DNA from: Diadema antillarum
Lineage: Eukaryota
DNA: 64,000 nt
Reading direction: 5' to 3'
NCBI RefSeq assembly: GCF_040938485.1
Contig: NW_027271870.1
Span: forward strand, 868,001-932,000
In this document: piece after piece, positions 62,262-64,000 of the stretch
Position numbering within the stretch: position 1 is the stretch's first letter
Layout: each line of letters starts with the position of its first letter
The notes under the pieces: generated by a model
Seen by the model: the letters and a program-made list of their open reading frames with translations, nothing else
Database searches by the model: none
Told to the model about the DNA's origin: nothing
Translations under genes and position numbers: made by a program

Positions 62262-64000
62262 TAAAGACAGAAGAAATTCCTGAGTCATACCCATGTGGCA
62301 AAACGGCAATGCTTAAAGAAGCAAATCTGGGCTTAAAAGCAATTTCAACGAACTCTTTGGAAACAGGGGCAATAGACATTTTGAGGATTAAGACGCTATC
62401 AAACGGACGTCACCGAGGAAAGGACAGCGTTACAGTCCGCCAAATTTCATTGGATACTTAGTAACTCATTTCCTTTCACTCACCCTACCGCTTGCCTACC
62501 CTCCGACCTCGTTTCCTCCCCCTTTTAATCACCTGGCTCTGACTGCAATATGTTTCTCCCCAACATTCATTGTCCCAGTGAATAAGTCTCCGTCCAAACT
62601 GCCAGTTATGCCTTGAAATTGTCTTTGTTGAGCTTCATACTTACCGATGGTGTACAGCATCTACTGTCTATAGATCTTCGTCTGGGCTGTGATGTTTTCA
62701 TCACGCTTCCCCTTATCTGGCTTCCTGGGTAGGCGTTAAAAAAAAAATCATGTTGAATTGCCTTGCTATATGTAAAGTAAAAGCCTTTTCTCCAACAGAA
62801 TGATAAGGGCCCTTATTTCTATGCGGAGTGCAGGACATTGCTCGTATTATCATGCAGAGATGATTCGGGTACAGTAGCCTATTACCTGACTTTCTGTGGC
62901 TTCTAGATATTCTCTCGGGTTTCCAATTTAGATCCCCCCCCCCCTTTGCGTGACAACAAAACAATGACAAACAAACAACTACTACAGGCCTGGGACACTA
63001 TCGAAGAGCTTGCTAACATAAGCACATGCCAAGCGAAGGTCAAAGGGATTGACACACTTTCCATGTGTCTATTATAGCATGATTATCCCGCCACTTTTGT
63101 CTGTTGCAACCTGTTGTTCTGTCATATCACGGACCTATCAGCTCTATGGTTTCTGGATTCTTCAGTTCTCAGTTCTCAGATTCTCAGTTTACTTGTGCAC
63201 TTCGGTAACTGTTTATGGATGAGGTTATGTTGCTTGTTGGTTAATTAGTTGGTTGGTGTTTAGTTTTGTTTTGTTTGTTTTGTTTTTTGTTTGTTTGTTT
63301 TTGTTTTTGTTTTTGTTTTTTGGGGGGGGGGGGGCTGTCTTCTGAAGTCTTGGTATTTCAATAAGTGAGTCACATTACCCCACCACACTAAAAATGTGCG
63401 GCTAATAGTATCATAGCGGAAGGATCTTTAATCAGATTCTTCTTCTGTATCTTGTGTATGCTGCCAGAAGTTTCGTTGTATCAAAGGTGTATAGCGGAAG
63501 AAAATATAAACTCATTATCTTGTTGGTTATTTGGATGGTCAAGGAGATATATCCAGGTTAATGTTTTCTAGTTTTTAGTCCTAGTTAATGGGCAGTGGAC
63601 GAAATTCAGTATATTCATTAAGAGTGCACGGTCGTGGAATGTATGCCCATTCCATGCATTCTTGCCTAGGGAGTCTACTTTATGTATCTACATGTACTAT
63701 AATCATTTCAGTATCATAAGATATGATGCATGCTTTGTCTCGGGCCATTCTTGACTTTATTCTATAATCACAATGATCGAACAATTCTTATAATTTTTTT
63801 TTCCTAATTATATAGTTGTCTTGCACATAGTCTATTAAAGTTAATTTCCAGGTAATGCAGAATCATTATGTATCTAATCTTATCGGCAGCCTTGTGTTTT
63901 TTCAACACCCTTTTGCGTCAGGCTCGCCTTAGCTAATCTCTTTTTAAAAATTAAAACTCTCGCTCTCTTCTACTACTTGTATAATGTACTTGTAAACTGA

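Overview
AT-rich, intron-containing animal genomic DNA, most likely an echinoderm such as a sea urchin (inferred from Deu-domain tRNA-SINEs, the MITE repertoire and gene content; not proven). Nine N-runs hide about 1.4 kb, mostly next to microsatellites. Six protein-coding genes were reconstructed by hand from splice sites and reading phase. (1) A spliced prepropeptide on the minus strand that the ORF track shows only in part (CDS 6106-5935 + 4772-4675): signal peptide, acidic propiece, RR, then a 34-aa cationic peptide with 4 Cys. (2,3) Two tandem paralogues on the minus strand encoding ~300-aa secreted YHYH-domain proteins, each with a conserved C-terminal 33-mer behind an RXXR site, inside a duplicated block (~10.5-18.2 kb vs ~19.7-25.8 kb). 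(4) A three-exon MIF/D-dopachrome tautomerase-family gene on the plus strand. (5) A SHIPPO/STPG (PG-rich repeat, ODF3/CIMAP-like) ciliary gene of at least 12 exons on the plus strand, with one repeat per phase-1 exon and an unresolved last exon. (6) A CHST-family carbohydrate sulfotransferase on the minus strand with an uninterrupted CDS and a degenerate PAPS-binding loop. The remainder is non-autonomous transposons (piggyBac-, Kolobok-, PIF/Harbinger-, EnSpm- and Helentron-like), SINEs, a 16-bp minisatellite and simple repeats. There are no rRNA, true tRNA or CRISPR features. The best candidate for an undescribed system is the Cys-peptide precursor together with the neighbouring secreted YHYH pair and MIF-like gene, a possible cluster of secreted defence genes. 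No database searches were run, so family assignments rest on recognised motifs.
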